Shown piece after piece: positions 53,970-64,000 of a stretch of DNA of 64,000 bases. Within the stretch, counting starts at the first letter, position 1, and each line of letters starts with the position of its first letter. The translations under genes were made by a program, and so were the position numbers. Below the pieces are notes generated by a model. That model saw only the letters and a program-made list of their open reading frames with translations, ran no database searches and was not told where the DNA came from. This DNA comes from a virus. Taxonomy: Duplodnaviria > Heunggongvirae > Uroviricota > Caudoviricetes. Where the stretch lies: IMG/VR virus record IMGVR_UViG_3300028559_000005; one strand, 5' to 3'.

Positions 53970-54527
53970 TTATTCCAAAGTAAAAAGTTTGTGGAAAGTA
54001 GATTGAGACATAGCCTCAAGTTTCTTCATAGCACCATCTGTAAATCTAAACTGATATGATCTAGGACCGTTGGCCTGTCTCTCAAAAAACCCATAGTAGC
54101 CTCCTAGGATATAATCACTTTGATCACCTTGGATGATTTTCTGTCTAGCTGCTTCGTAACACTTTTCAATTTTTTCTTGTATGTGTAGTATTGAAAAATT
54201 ATACACTTCTGCTGAGACTATGACTTGATCTTTGGTCTTGACTCGATATTGTCGCTGTAATTTGCCATAGATCACAGATTCTCTGTACGGAGTCAATTTA
54301 ATATCCTCGGGAGTCATCCTACCAACTGTGTGTGCTGAAACAGCATCAAGATCTCTTGATTTGACTTCTGTTTCGATCTCCGGTATATCTGGCCCGGGCG
54401 CATTAGACATAGGATAGCCTTGCTCGCCAAGTTCCTTTTCAATATATCGACCAGCGGCGCCACCAAAATTTGATGGGACCAATTTACCAACCATGTTTGC
54501 TTTGAGTCTAACAACTTTAGCTTTCAT
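53970..54527 (-). CDS. hypothetical protein (185 aa)
   Basis: ORF only. Confidence 0.35.
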   Translation of the reverse strand: MKAKVVRLKANMVGKLVPSNFGGAAGRYIEKELGEQGYPMSNAPGPDIPEIETEVKSRDLDAVSAHTVGRMTPEDIKLTPYRESVIYGKLQRQYRVKTKDQVIVSAEVYNFSILHIQEKIEKCYEAARQKIIQGDQSDYILGGYYGFFERQANGPRSYQFRFTDGAMKKLEAMSQSTFHKLFTLE

Positions 54528-55030
54528 AATGTTTCGTCCTTGGTATATTTAGACCAGTCAGTAAAGTGGTCTCGATTTTGTAGTTCATGTATGCTATGAC
54601 ACCAAACACCAGGATTGGTAGCAGCAAAGTCCTTGTCGTCTATTTTGAGTGTGGCATTATAGCCTAACAGTTTGATATATGGTAGTTTGACTGAGATCAT
54701 TGGAATAAAATTATGATCTTCAGTTAGGCTAGATTCCAATAATCCTTCCACACACTTGACATCAATATCAAGTGTACACAGGTACCCTTTTTGCAAAAAG
54801 TATAGAATCATATTTTCCCACTGCGACCACTTTACGTAGTCGTTGGTATCAATATTTGGAAAACTTTGATTGGCACCAAAATAGATATGCTCACATCCTT
54901 GTATATTGGCGGCAATATCATCTGCTGATTGTACCCCAACTACAAATAATGTCTTTTTACCAAATGCAGGTGTGTGTTCTACTTCAGTTCCATAAAAGAA
55001 CTTGATGTTCTCGTGGCCTTCTCGATTCAT
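54524..55030 (-). CDS. hypothetical protein (168 aa)
   Basis: ORF only. Adjacent to the transglycosylase-like gene. Confidence 0.35.
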   Translation of the reverse strand: MNREGHENIKFFYGTEVEHTPAFGKKTLFVVGVQSADDIAANIQGCEHIYFGANQSFPNIDTNDYVKWSQWENMILYFLQKGYLCTLDIDVKCVEGLLESSLTEDHNFIPMISVKLPYIKLLGYNATLKIDDKDFAATNPGVWCHSIHELQNRDHFTDWSKYTKDETL

Positions 55031-56571
55031 ACTTGATCCTGTTCGAGTTGTTGTAATGCTTCAAAGTTTAACAGATCTTCGGGCTCAGAGTCAACCTCTA
55101 CCACATCAAATAATGCCGAAAACTGTGTATTGGCATTCTTGGTCTTTTTGCCCTTGAATCCTCGAGTACCAATAATATCCATCCAGTATCGGTCATACTT
55201 TTCAATAATAGCTTCAGACTCTGCACGATTGGATGTTGCAAATATAGCCTCTACAATATCTGCAAAGTGAGTGTGATCACCATTCTCATGCCACATCATG
55301 TAAGGCCACGACCCTGAATCAAATGTTCTATTGGCACGTTGCACCGCTTCCAAATGCATCCAAACATTGTGCCCCATCAGCAATGCATATGAGAATGAAT
55401 CCCAAGATGTCTTGCCTTCTTTGCCAATCTTGTTCAAGTCGCCAGGCTTGTAGATGCACACATCCTTCATAGTCAGCAATCGACTGAGCGGGCTTTCATC
55501 AAAGTGATCCACCAATCCGTCGGCTACCACAGCCGACCCATAAGGTCTAGTGTCTGTGCTGTATTTCTTGTCATCGGCAATGGGACTCATTCTATAGCAC
55601 CATTTTTCGTTGTGTGCCAAATCTATATGATGATATACTTGCCCATTAGCAGTGGCCAGGAATGGACTTGCACAATCAAACGAAATAGTAAAATCAGGGT
55701 TAACATACTTTCTAACAGCACGTTGAATCACAGTAAGCAATACTGCCCATTCTAGTTTTGATGTACCCAAAAAGTGCATCCAATCATGCTTGCCCTGTTG
55801 TAGCAAGTTATCATGTCGCAATGCCACTAGGCGTTTAAGCACCAAATGTACGTCGCACATGTTCTGACCACCCATACTCCATCCATCAAAATGTGTGGTA
55901 GGGTACTTGACAGGGTCACAAAAGTCTTTCATTTCCTGATACCATTGTTCAGCACTGGTGTGATTGTCACCTTGCAACACGTTTAAGAACTTGGCACCAC
56001 CATTTTCTTTGCCCTTGCGATGAGCCATGAAATATTCATTGTTGAACTTAGTAGCATCTACTGCCTCTTGTAGTGTGGTAATCTGACAGGCTTTGCTTGC
56101 TTTCTTGTCGTGGATCACCCAAGTAGGAATATCCAAGATCATGCCGTAGTCACTCACACTGTCCAACCATGCAAGCACTGCTGAACGTTTTTTCTGTGCT
56201 TTGGCACAACCTGAGTTGGCCTTCCAATCGCCTTCCCACAGTCCTTTGGCAATTTGGAATCCGCCTGAGTCACCAAGTATAAAGCTACCTGGTTCTCTAT
56301 TGCGAACCATATCCTCAGACCAGTCTTGTTTGTTGAGATCCAAGTTGGCATGTCCACCTGAATACAAACTCCACCGATACGGAAACAATGCTTTTTGACT
56401 GTTAAGCCAATTCATCATCTCCATATCAGTAAGTCCGGCAGGCATACGTCCAGGATCTACATATGGTTCGTTACGTTGTTTGCCCACGAACGTAGCATAA
56501 AATCCCGAGATGGCTGGAAGGAACACAGCATAGTCGTTCTGCTTGGCTGTGAGATTGTCTTGATTGATCAC
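55027..56571 (-). CDS. dpdA: tRNA-guanine-transglycosylase-superfamily protein (DpdA-like DNA 7-deazaguanine transglycosylase)
   Basis: ILGDSGGFQIAKG carries the TGT-family DSGGFQ catalytic motif. 514 aa. It co-occurs with FolE, QueD and QueE in this window. Confidence 0.6.
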   Translation of the reverse strand: MINQDNLTAKQNDYAVFLPAISGFYATFVGKQRNEPYVDPGRMPAGLTDMEMMNWLNSQKALFPYRWSLYSGGHANLDLNKQDWSEDMVRNREPGSFILGDSGGFQIAKGLWEGDWKANSGCAKAQKKRSAVLAWLDSVSDYGMILDIPTWVIHDKKASKACQITTLQEAVDATKFNNEYFMAHRKGKENGGAKFLNVLQGDNHTSAEQWYQEMKDFCDPVKYPTTHFDGWSMGGQNMCDVHLVLKRLVALRHDNLLQQGKHDWMHFLGTSKLEWAVLLTVIQRAVRKYVNPDFTISFDCASPFLATANGQVYHHIDLAHNEKWCYRMSPIADDKKYSTDTRPYGSAVVADGLVDHFDESPLSRLLTMKDVCIYKPGDLNKIGKEGKTSWDSFSYALLMGHNVWMHLEAVQRANRTFDSGSWPYMMWHENGDHTHFADIVEAIFATSNRAESEAIIEKYDRYWMDIIGTRGFKGKKTKNANTQFSALFDVVEVDSEPEDLLNFEALQQLEQDQV

Positions 56572-57290
56572 TTGGTTTGTGCAGGTAAAATGTAATTGTA
56601 AACAGCCATACCGGAGTCCACAGTGATCTGCATACAGCCATCATCACTGATCTTCATGGTCTTGTCACCTACCAAGCACAGTATACTGATCACTTGCGAA
56701 ATAGGCCATGACCAGGTGCGTTTGAGACTGCCAGTTACATCATGTTGAAACACAAAGTTACCGCTGTGTGTAGAATGATCTCCAAAGAAAAACTTTAGAT
56801 GCTTGTCTTCAACTTTGACTTGAAAGTTAGTTTCTTCTGAGTTGGCCTGCCACTGCATTTTCAAACGCTGAATAGCTGCCACTGTGGGTTCAAATGTGAT
56901 ATGCCAGTTTACACCTTTGAATTTCAAAGTCTTGAGTTTGTCATTCACAACTTCACTGGCCATGAACCTGTAGTTGTTGCGAAAGTCTCCTGCTTTGTTT
57001 TCGAAGTTGATGCCATCTGGTTCGCCAGTGCTTCTACGTGTGATAGTCAACTTGGCATCTTCACGATATTCTTGCAAGTTAATCAAAGTCTTGAGTTTGC
57101 CAAGATTAGGCATACCAAACGTGCCGATAAAATCAGCAACAGGGTTGGCAAACTGTGCTTCCACAATAACTGAATTGTCAGCGGCCAGTCCGTTTACTGC
57201 TGTGGCTGCATCTGTGCCGGTGACTTTGATCAAGTCGATACAGCCAAGATCAAATGTGTGTTGCACTAGGTCTAAGAGATTGTCTTTCAT
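56568..57290 (-). CDS. hypothetical protein (240 aa), possible sliding-clamp-like
   Basis: Size and N-terminal pattern are loosely reminiscent of T4 gp45. No firm motif. Confidence 0.25.
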   Translation of the reverse strand: MKDNLLDLVQHTFDLGCIDLIKVTGTDAATAVNGLAADNSVIVEAQFANPVADFIGTFGMPNLGKLKTLINLQEYREDAKLTITRRSTGEPDGINFENKAGDFRNNYRFMASEVVNDKLKTLKFKGVNWHITFEPTVAAIQRLKMQWQANSEETNFQVKVEDKHLKFFFGDHSTHSGNFVFQHDVTGSLKRTWSWPISQVISILCLVGDKTMKISDDGCMQITVDSGMAVYNYILPAQTK

Positions 57291-58480
57291 TTTTGGGTCC
57301 TTTTAAATAATTTTCTCAATTGGTCTTCTGAAAAGTTTTGCTGTTCCAGAAATGCTTCTATAGTTCTTCGAACTTTTTTGATATTGTACATGCGTTTGGT
57401 AGTGGCATTTGAAATATCCACACCCAACATTTCAGCCAGTTTAATCAATTGGTCTAAGTCTAAACTATTATAGAGTTGTTTGATAGGAATGTCAACTACT
57501 TCTGGTGGAATTTCTTTTATCGTCACTGGGTCAGGTAGTACTGGCACAGATTTTCTATAAATCCCAGCCAAACATTGTCCACCTCGAATGCTAGTCAACT
57601 GCCCAGGCTTTTTTAATTCTACCCAGGTGCTTGCACTATTAATAATCTCTTTACGAACAATTTCATATCCTACTTCAACTGCATGTTCATATATTAATCT
57701 TGCTGGTGTGTAGCAGCAAAAATGATTTTCAGTCAATTCTACTCCACCTTGCCGATCACAATCATTGAAGTTGAAAAAGAACGTACCACCACCACGCAGT
57801 AATCTAAATACTTCCAACAGATATTTTTTTATAACTTCCAAGGGGCGGAAATTAAAATAGTCAAAGCTGTAAACAAATCCAAACTGCTGTTGCGGTAATG
57901 CTTCAAATATAGGTTGGTTATTGAATTCATCAATCACATAACATCGTAATCTACGTTGATATTCGGGAGGAAATTGACTAGTAACAGGAGCCATCAGGTC
58001 TTTATGAGTATCTATAAAATACATGGGATCCAGTGCTACTAAATCCTCCACCCAGGGACTGTGCGAAGGCCTTATTACTAATCCAGGATATTTCCAATCA
58101 GTGTAGGTTTGCAATCTACCACGCAACTGCAATTTCTTAGCAGGATCTATAGGTCGAATTCTTTGCAGAATGTATTCAACAGTTTCATGTTGCATAGACT
58201 GATACAGTTTGGTACTGTGGTCAAAATATACAGATTCATTATGTTTGATTAGGTCCTGAACATGTTGGCGTATGTTATGCAAAGTTTGATCATACTGCTG
58301 TAAGTACAGTTTGACTTGATCCTGAGTTGCGAGTAATCGATCTGTCAACTGTGGAAATTGTATCTGACTGTTTTGTATTACATAACTGATACCAGCCAAT
58401 TCTGCGTTGACACTCACAGCTGATTCTACACCAAGTGTATCTAAATGATTTAGGTATCCAACTAAGTCACTAAGTATCAT
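57287..58480 (-). CDS. hypothetical protein (397 aa)
   Basis: ORF only. Coupled to the DNA polymerase gene. Confidence 0.4.
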   Translation of the reverse strand: MILSDLVGYLNHLDTLGVESAVSVNAELAGISYVIQNSQIQFPQLTDRLLATQDQVKLYLQQYDQTLHNIRQHVQDLIKHNESVYFDHSTKLYQSMQHETVEYILQRIRPIDPAKKLQLRGRLQTYTDWKYPGLVIRPSHSPWVEDLVALDPMYFIDTHKDLMAPVTSQFPPEYQRRLRCYVIDEFNNQPIFEALPQQQFGFVYSFDYFNFRPLEVIKKYLLEVFRLLRGGGTFFFNFNDCDRQGGVELTENHFCCYTPARLIYEHAVEVGYEIVRKEIINSASTWVELKKPGQLTSIRGGQCLAGIYRKSVPVLPDPVTIKEIPPEVVDIPIKQLYNSLDLDQLIKLAEMLGVDISNATTKRMYNIKKVRRTIEAFLEQQNFSEDQLRKLFKRTQK

Positions 58481-61143
58481 TCAAATGAAAATAAGCTAGT
58501 AAATGTATTTGCTGTGTTGGTACTTGATTGCAAGTTCCACGACAACACACCCAAAAGATTGTCAATTTTTTGATCCACCACAGTGGCTTCCATGTTGGCA
58601 TCGTCAAACGGCAGTTCTTTAAACCATGTTGGCAAATGATGTTCGTCTGTGGGATATCCAATACTGGTCCACCCTAGCGCATTGCTTTTGAGCTTGCACA
58701 CAATGGTCTTCATACCATCCACAATTTGCATCGAGTAATTGTCCGAGTTCATGCGTCGCAATGTATTCCAGTTCAATGCAGCTCGCACATGCCCAGGCAT
58801 GTTGGACTTGCCGTTCTTCTCTTCTAAATTGCCATATTTGGTCAAGTTATTCACACGCTTGGGTGAGCCTTTTTCCCAACCTGGGCGTTCAATAAATTTG
58901 TATTTGAATTCTCTAATACATTCTACAATTTCTTCTCTCTGTGTTCCTGTTAGGACCTTATTTAGAAGATCGCTAAGGAACTCTTGAATAACCACTGGAG
59001 TATCACTGCGCTTCAAATCCAGGCCCATGGCCTTTACCTTGCCTGGTTTGCCATTCACATCCACACGTTTGTTTTCTTTGTCAATGTACAGCACAGCATA
59101 CCGCTTCTTGGTAATAAACAAGCCAGTACGTGCCACAATTTCTCGACCACCACGAATCACAGATCCCATATCTCGTGGACAATGAAATGCCTGTTCCATG
59201 AATCCAGGAAACGAATCATTTACTTGATCAGCTATGGAGTTATACAATGCAATACAAGTTTCGGCAGACCACTCCATTCTGCCATCTTCGACTTCAGCTT
59301 GAACCATGGGCCATGCTGAGAAGTAACAAGAGTCAGTGTCACCATAGATAATGCTTTTGCCACTGTGATCATATTCGCCAGTGATGCATTCATTCACATA
59401 TGCATCCATGTGTTTGGCAATACTGCGACCCACAAGGGTAGTTGATTGTCCAATACGTTTATCAAAAAATCTACAACCTGGATTCAAGATAGCACCATAC
59501 AAGCTGTTTAGATTAATCTTCTTGACCAATTGACGTTTATCCCAGTATTCAAACTGCACATCGTCTTTGCCTTCAAACTCTCGTGCTTTCTTCTGCATGT
59601 CTTTACGTTCGGCATACCAGCGTTTGAGCAAGCCTGGAATCACACCTTCTTTTTCATAGGTGAATATAGTGCCATTGGCACTGAGAATCCACGGTTGATT
59701 AGAATCAAACAGCATTTTCCAAATCTCAGCAGCTGAGTGAACAGTTTCCTCACCATCTTGCCAGTCTATTGTGATCTCTGTACCACGTTGCTGTTCCATC
59801 ACGGCTGTGTATTCCAAGCTGGCAAACAATCCTTCCCATGCAGCAGCAAAGCTATCTCCACCAGCTATTTTGTCTTGGATCAACCGATCAGTCATTGTGG
59901 GTCTGAGTTGACCAACAATGGTTTCTGGGCCCATGTTAAGGGCCCGAATAGCACTGGGATAGAGCGAGTTGATGTCGATGCTACCAATCCAGTCGTGGAT
60001 TCCTTTTTTGGGATAAGCAACATAGGCACCTGCGGCTTGCGTGTCTTCATCTGTGAATCTTTCTTTACGGTTAGGAACTACCATACCACGTTCGTGAGCT
60101 TCAATAATAATAGCTTGCTCAGTCACGGCCACTGCACCCATTGTGGTTTGCAACAGCACGGTATTTTCATGTGCTAGTGTATTGGCCAAGCTGAGAAATT
60201 TAAGTTTCTTATCCAGCTTGCCAATTAGCATTGTGTCTTGACGGTTGTAATCAATAAAGATTTTGAAGTTCTGGTTGTATAGTTGATCCAGTGTGCCTTC
60301 GAATGCAGTCTTGCGACCAATTTCTTCGTATTCGCCAATGGCGTCTAACGCATAGCTATGACGTTCTTCATAAGTGTATTTGCGGTACAATTGCATATAG
60401 TCCATATGCACTCGTCCTACCAAATCATAAGTTTGATTCTCTGCACCAAAGCGTTCAAACACACGTGGTTTGGGAAACTGGTTCCACAAACACATGCGTC
60501 TGGTATCATCTTTGCTGAGCACTCTGGTGATTCGATTCACTGTGTACGGAATGTCATAGCCTTCTGAATTCCATCCAGTGAGAATGTCTGCATCTTCAAT
60601 CAAGTCTAGGAATGTGTTCAGCATGTCTGCTTCTTTTTCAAACATAAAGCAGTTGTCAAATTCAGCAGCAATTTCTCTAGCTGTGTCCATGCTCATGTGG
60701 CGTGGCGGCACTGCCAGCGTCACAATCTGATCCAGCCAATCCATGTATACAGATATGGCTGTGATTGGATTAAACGGATCAGTCACCGGTGAGAAACCAC
60801 GATTTGGATCAAAGTCTACTTCGATGTCATAGAATGCTGTGTGCAGTTGAGGGCCGTCTTTGCCTTTGTAGTTGTCTTCTAAACAACGAAAGATAGGATT
60901 GATATCACTTTCGTAGAGTTTCTTACTGGAGTGCATACGCACTTCTTTTCGAAACTCTTTGTTGTTGCGTGAGGAAAATCTACTTACCGGTGTGTCGTAT
61001 ATGCTACGAAACTTGCCTTTAGGGTCGTCATAGTAAAGCACATAGTTGACCGGATACTCTTGGTATACCCGCTGACCATTTCGGCGTTCTACCACGTGAA
61101 TTCGATCGTGTGCTCGGTCATATAACGCATCAACATATGACAT
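58477..61143 (-). CDS. DNA polymerase, family B (T4 gp43-like)
   Basis: Exo motif FYDIEVDF. Motif A DINSLYPSAI. Motif C IIYGDTDSCYF. 888 aa. gp43-like N-terminus. Confidence 0.85.
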   Translation of the reverse strand: MSYVDALYDRAHDRIHVVERRNGQRVYQEYPVNYVLYYDDPKGKFRSIYDTPVSRFSSRNNKEFRKEVRMHSSKKLYESDINPIFRCLEDNYKGKDGPQLHTAFYDIEVDFDPNRGFSPVTDPFNPITAISVYMDWLDQIVTLAVPPRHMSMDTAREIAAEFDNCFMFEKEADMLNTFLDLIEDADILTGWNSEGYDIPYTVNRITRVLSKDDTRRMCLWNQFPKPRVFERFGAENQTYDLVGRVHMDYMQLYRKYTYEERHSYALDAIGEYEEIGRKTAFEGTLDQLYNQNFKIFIDYNRQDTMLIGKLDKKLKFLSLANTLAHENTVLLQTTMGAVAVTEQAIIIEAHERGMVVPNRKERFTDEDTQAAGAYVAYPKKGIHDWIGSIDINSLYPSAIRALNMGPETIVGQLRPTMTDRLIQDKIAGGDSFAAAWEGLFASLEYTAVMEQQRGTEITIDWQDGEETVHSAAEIWKMLFDSNQPWILSANGTIFTYEKEGVIPGLLKRWYAERKDMQKKAREFEGKDDVQFEYWDKRQLVKKINLNSLYGAILNPGCRFFDKRIGQSTTLVGRSIAKHMDAYVNECITGEYDHSGKSIIYGDTDSCYFSAWPMVQAEVEDGRMEWSAETCIALYNSIADQVNDSFPGFMEQAFHCPRDMGSVIRGGREIVARTGLFITKKRYAVLYIDKENKRVDVNGKPGKVKAMGLDLKRSDTPVVIQEFLSDLLNKVLTGTQREEIVECIREFKYKFIERPGWEKGSPKRVNNLTKYGNLEEKNGKSNMPGHVRAALNWNTLRRMNSDNYSMQIVDGMKTIVCKLKSNALGWTSIGYPTDEHHLPTWFKELPFDDANMEATVVDQKIDNLLGVLSWNLQSSTNTANTFTSLFSFE

Positions 61144-61203
61144 GAAAATTTTCCTTTTTAAGTATCAGCTTATTACTCGCTGGGTTCGAGGCGTCAAAGT
61201 AAC

Positions 61204-61779
61204 TCATTGATCTCCAATATTATTAATAACTTTATTGTACAATACTTGATCATCGTCGAGCATAAAAAATAGCCCAGTTGACATGTAGTGATGTTTTTCG
61301 CAAATTTTTCTAATACGATCTAATATATTTTTTTTATCTGGCGGGCTAATGTTCATATTTGGTATTTGATCTTCTGTTATTACAATTCCATGTTTACGCA
61401 AAAAAGAACATGTTATTGTGTTACTTTGAATAGTTGGATGATCCAATGGCAACCATTTTATTTTTTTAATATTATCACCAAACATTAGAGTCAGCGGATA
61501 CGAATGATGATCAAAATATCCCGACGACAAGAATTTTTCAAATCTTGGATCGTTGATGACTGACGTCAACTGATTTTGATATAAAAATTGTGTTGTCCCA
61601 CGTAGGTGTCTTTCATAAGGATTGGATATGTGAGCAAATACAGTATCGTTTGACCAGTCAATATCCTCTGATAAGAAGGTGGGCCAATTCAGTGTGTTGC
61701 CAAACAGCACTTCATAAGAAGTTGCGGCATTCTTATAAATTGGTATATAGACCAGGTGCTTAAAACGATATGCTCTCAT
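61204..61779 (-). CDS. hypothetical protein (191 aa)
   Basis: ORF only. Confidence 0.4.
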   Translation of the reverse strand: MRAYRFKHLVYIPIYKNAATSYEVLFGNTLNWPTFLSEDIDWSNDTVFAHISNPYERHLRGTTQFLYQNQLTSVINDPRFEKFLSSGYFDHHSYPLTLMFGDNIKKIKWLPLDHPTIQSNTITCSFLRKHGIVITEDQIPNMNISPPDKKNILDRIRKICEKHHYMSTGLFFMLDDDQVLYNKVINNIGDQ

Positions 61780-61834
61780 TATTTTCCATTTGTGGCTGGT
61801 TAACCATGATTCATGTTCTTAAAGTGAACGACTC

Positions 61835-62143
61835 TCAATTGCCTTGTATCAGCAATTTTATCAGCCCTGCGCTGTCAATAATACTTAGTATCAAATAATT
61901 ACCTAGGATGCCAAAGCTACCACGAGTGTATGAACACCAGGCCATGATCAAACAACCCGTGATAAATGCCATATACAAAGGGATAAATGGCAAGTTAGGC
62001 ACAGTGATAGCATAGGTTAGACTACAACCCAGCGATATCACCCACCCTAGCATTTCCAAACAAAAACGCAGTGGGTGGGCATTGAAATCAGATTGAATGT
62101 AGTGGACTATATTGCTGCGCCACTCTTGAAATCTAGTGGTCAA
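61835..62143 (-). CDS. small membrane protein (102 aa)
   Basis: Three hydrophobic segments. Confidence 0.4.
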   Translation of the reverse strand: MTTRFQEWRSNIVHYIQSDFNAHPLRFCLEMLGWVISLGCSLTYAITVPNLPFIPLYMAFITGCLIMAWCSYTRGSFGILGNYLILSIIDSAGLIKLLIQGN

Positions 62144-62403
62144 AGTGTTTTGCCTACAGTTTCCAGAATAGTTTCCAGCAATTCGTGATCTTGTTTGGCT
62201 TTACCAAACTCGGCTTTGTGTGCTAGCTTGATAGCTTTTTTCAGCACACCGGGTTTGATTTCTAATTCTTCGGCAATGGCCTTGATGGTATCATTGAGTC
62301 CGCCAGTGAGTGTTTCAATCTCTTGTGTGACCTGCATACCTTCCGTGATGATCTGAATCAGTTTGATCTTTTGGTCGCCGTTGAATGTTTTTTGATTGTT
62401 CAT
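62140..62403 (-). CDS. hypothetical protein (87 aa)
   Basis: ORF only. Confidence 0.35.
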   Translation of the reverse strand: MNNQKTFNGDQKIKLIQIITEGMQVTQEIETLTGGLNDTIKAIAEELEIKPGVLKKAIKLAHKAEFGKAKQDHELLETILETVGKTL

Positions 62404-62468
62404 AGAGTTCTCCAGTAAAAATACATTATAGCAACTGTGTTGACTATATGCAAGTAGTTTTGGTTAAC

Positions 62469-63917
62469 TCAACGGCTGTTTAGCATCTGTGCCATCAGTG
62501 CTCGACGTTTCACACGACTTTCACTTACGGTCTTTGGTCCAGTGTCCGTTTTTTTAGGTTCAGGAGTAGACTTAGGAATTGAGCTAGGAGTTCTACGCAA
62601 ACTGGCATCACTTTTAGCACGTTGTTTGTCCCAGGCCATGCTCAATCGTTGTGCAGCACTCATACGTGCCTCCGCTACACTTTCGTTCTTGCCTGATAGT
62701 CCTGCACGAGCTTCGGCTTTTGTCATTTTATATTGTGCTTGAAATTCAGCATCAGTTAGCTCTCGTAAATCCGTTATTAATTCTTTAACACGGCCTTCTG
62801 AAATACCTTTTTTCTTGGCTTCTTCTACATCATACTTGGGCATGGGTCTTTGACCAGCTCGACCTTTGACTCCACGCTTCTCTGTGCTTGGTGGTTTTGT
62901 TGGTGGAACGATATCACCTTGGTATCTAACCTTAGTTGGTTCTGGCTTCTTTAGTCTGTCGGCTCTGGGCATTACTACAATAGGAGCACCTTCCGCCACA
63001 CCTTGCTCACCAACTAAATGTTTGGCGTCTTTGCCCCATTTCTTCCACATCCGTTTACCCCAGGTACTTTGATGGGGACTTGGTTTAACATCGTTGCCTA
63101 AACTTTTAGCAAAAGCATACATCATGGCAGCAACGCCTCGGCTCATATAATCGTCATCCACTTCGGTCCATTCACTTTCCAACCATTGATTACCTTTTTC
63201 ATCAGATTTCACAACGAAGTGTGCCCAACCAATTACATTTTGACGATCATGTGCTGTTATAGATAATCCTATATCATTCAGATTACCATGTCCAAGAATT
63301 CTACCCCTAAATGGACGGGCTTTGAACTCAAAGTCATCCATGCGGACTTTCTCAGTTGGTTCGTTCGAAATGTGTTTGTCGAAAATATCTGGGTGTACTA
63401 CTTCTTTTATAGCCTTCTTCATATATTTCTTACGCAATTCTGAGCCTTCCACCACACCTTGCTCTTTCATATACTTCTTACGTAATTTTAAGTCTGATGG
63501 CGTTGCTTTTCTGATTAAATTCAAATATTTGTTTACTGGAATTTCTTTTATCTCAATGGGTTTGATTCCTTCTACTCCAGGAATAGAATGAAACTCTCTG
63601 CTATTGCCACCTTGAACAAACTGTGGTTTTTCATCTGGACCATTGAATGGTAATTTATGTAGATACACATATTCACCTTTTCTAATCTTGCCACTGAACA
63701 AAACCATTTGTGGATCATTGGGGAACATACCTGTGTCTGACCCAGCAGTAGTTAGACCCATTGCTATAGCAACTTTAGGGTCGGAGGTAGCATAGATAGC
63801 ATTTTGATTACTACCAGCCGCACCACCTGTATCTACCGATTGTCTTGGCTCTAGCATAGGAATCTTTTGTCTTGACCCATGCCAAAGATAGGTATTAATA
63901 ACTTTGCCTTCCGCCAC
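62469..63917 (-). CDS. hypothetical protein (482 aa), Lys-rich C-terminus
   Basis: Long ORF. No motif recognised. Confidence 0.45.
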   Translation of the reverse strand: MAEGKVINTYLWHGSRQKIPMLEPRQSVDTGGAAGSNQNAIYATSDPKVAIAMGLTTAGSDTGMFPNDPQMVLFSGKIRKGEYVYLHKLPFNGPDEKPQFVQGGNSREFHSIPGVEGIKPIEIKEIPVNKYLNLIRKATPSDLKLRKKYMKEQGVVEGSELRKKYMKKAIKEVVHPDIFDKHISNEPTEKVRMDDFEFKARPFRGRILGHGNLNDIGLSITAHDRQNVIGWAHFVVKSDEKGNQWLESEWTEVDDDYMSRGVAAMMYAFAKSLGNDVKPSPHQSTWGKRMWKKWGKDAKHLVGEQGVAEGAPIVVMPRADRLKKPEPTKVRYQGDIVPPTKPPSTEKRGVKGRAGQRPMPKYDVEEAKKKGISEGRVKELITDLRELTDAEFQAQYKMTKAEARAGLSGKNESVAEARMSAAQRLSMAWDKQRAKSDASLRRTPSSIPKSTPEPKKTDTGPKTVSESRVKRRALMAQMLNSR

Positions 63918-64000
63918 ACCTTCGTTAAACTCACCATCATCGCCCCATGGTTCTCCATAGATTTTTCCCCAGTCTTGGTTAAGTGGTAAATCATTTTCTA

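Noticed and set aside
1-64000. Prophage / integrative element boundaries
   Set aside because: No integrase, excisionase or att-like direct repeats flanking a tRNA were found. The content looks like a virulent T4-like genome segment.

Overview
This window is AT-rich, densely packed and almost entirely minus-strand coded. It looks like a segment of a large virulent T4-like myophage genome. Evidence: a family-B DNA polymerase with a gp43-like N-terminus, an RNase H/FEN, a MazG-like protein, HNH and GIY-YIG homing-endonuclease ORFs, consensus sigma70 early promoters paired with stem-loops (PeSL-like), and a tRNA array of about 35 genes. No integrase or att site was found.

Main blocks:
1. 190-6425: an AAA+ MoxR/CobS-like ATPase, a PP-loop enzyme, a secreted TctC/Bug-family binding protein, a peptidoglycan-binding tandem-repeat protein, and an RNA polymerase omega (RpoZ) homolog.
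2. 6928-8383: four satellite tRNAs.
3. 7064-10183: a radical SAM enzyme plus possible glycosyltransferases.
4. 12428-14724: an ADP-heptose biosynthesis module (HldD, cupin, HldA, HldC).
5. 11860-20534: the tRNA mega-array. It includes an initiator tRNA, HNH ORFs, tRNA 3'-half remnants, inverted-repeat hairpin elements and several ORF-free gaps. One 1.1-kb gap carries a tmRNA-like T-arm.
6. 21800-37600: a hyperplastic early region driven by sigma70 promoters. It holds an 8-member family of small paralogs (MNERIRELA...KFAELIVRECA...HFGVEE) joined by a conserved ATGA coupling motif, and a split RNA-repair set (ligase candidates, P-loop kinase, calcineurin-like phosphoesterase, HD hydrolase).
7. 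41847-56571: a 7-deazaguanine DNA-modification cluster (QueE, QueD, FolE, DpdA-like transglycosylase) interleaved with methyltransferases, a B12 radical SAM enzyme, glycosyltransferase-like paralogs and sugar enzymes. No QueC was seen.
8. 56568-63917: replication genes, including DNA polymerase B.

tRNA anticodon calls are hand-folded and approximate.
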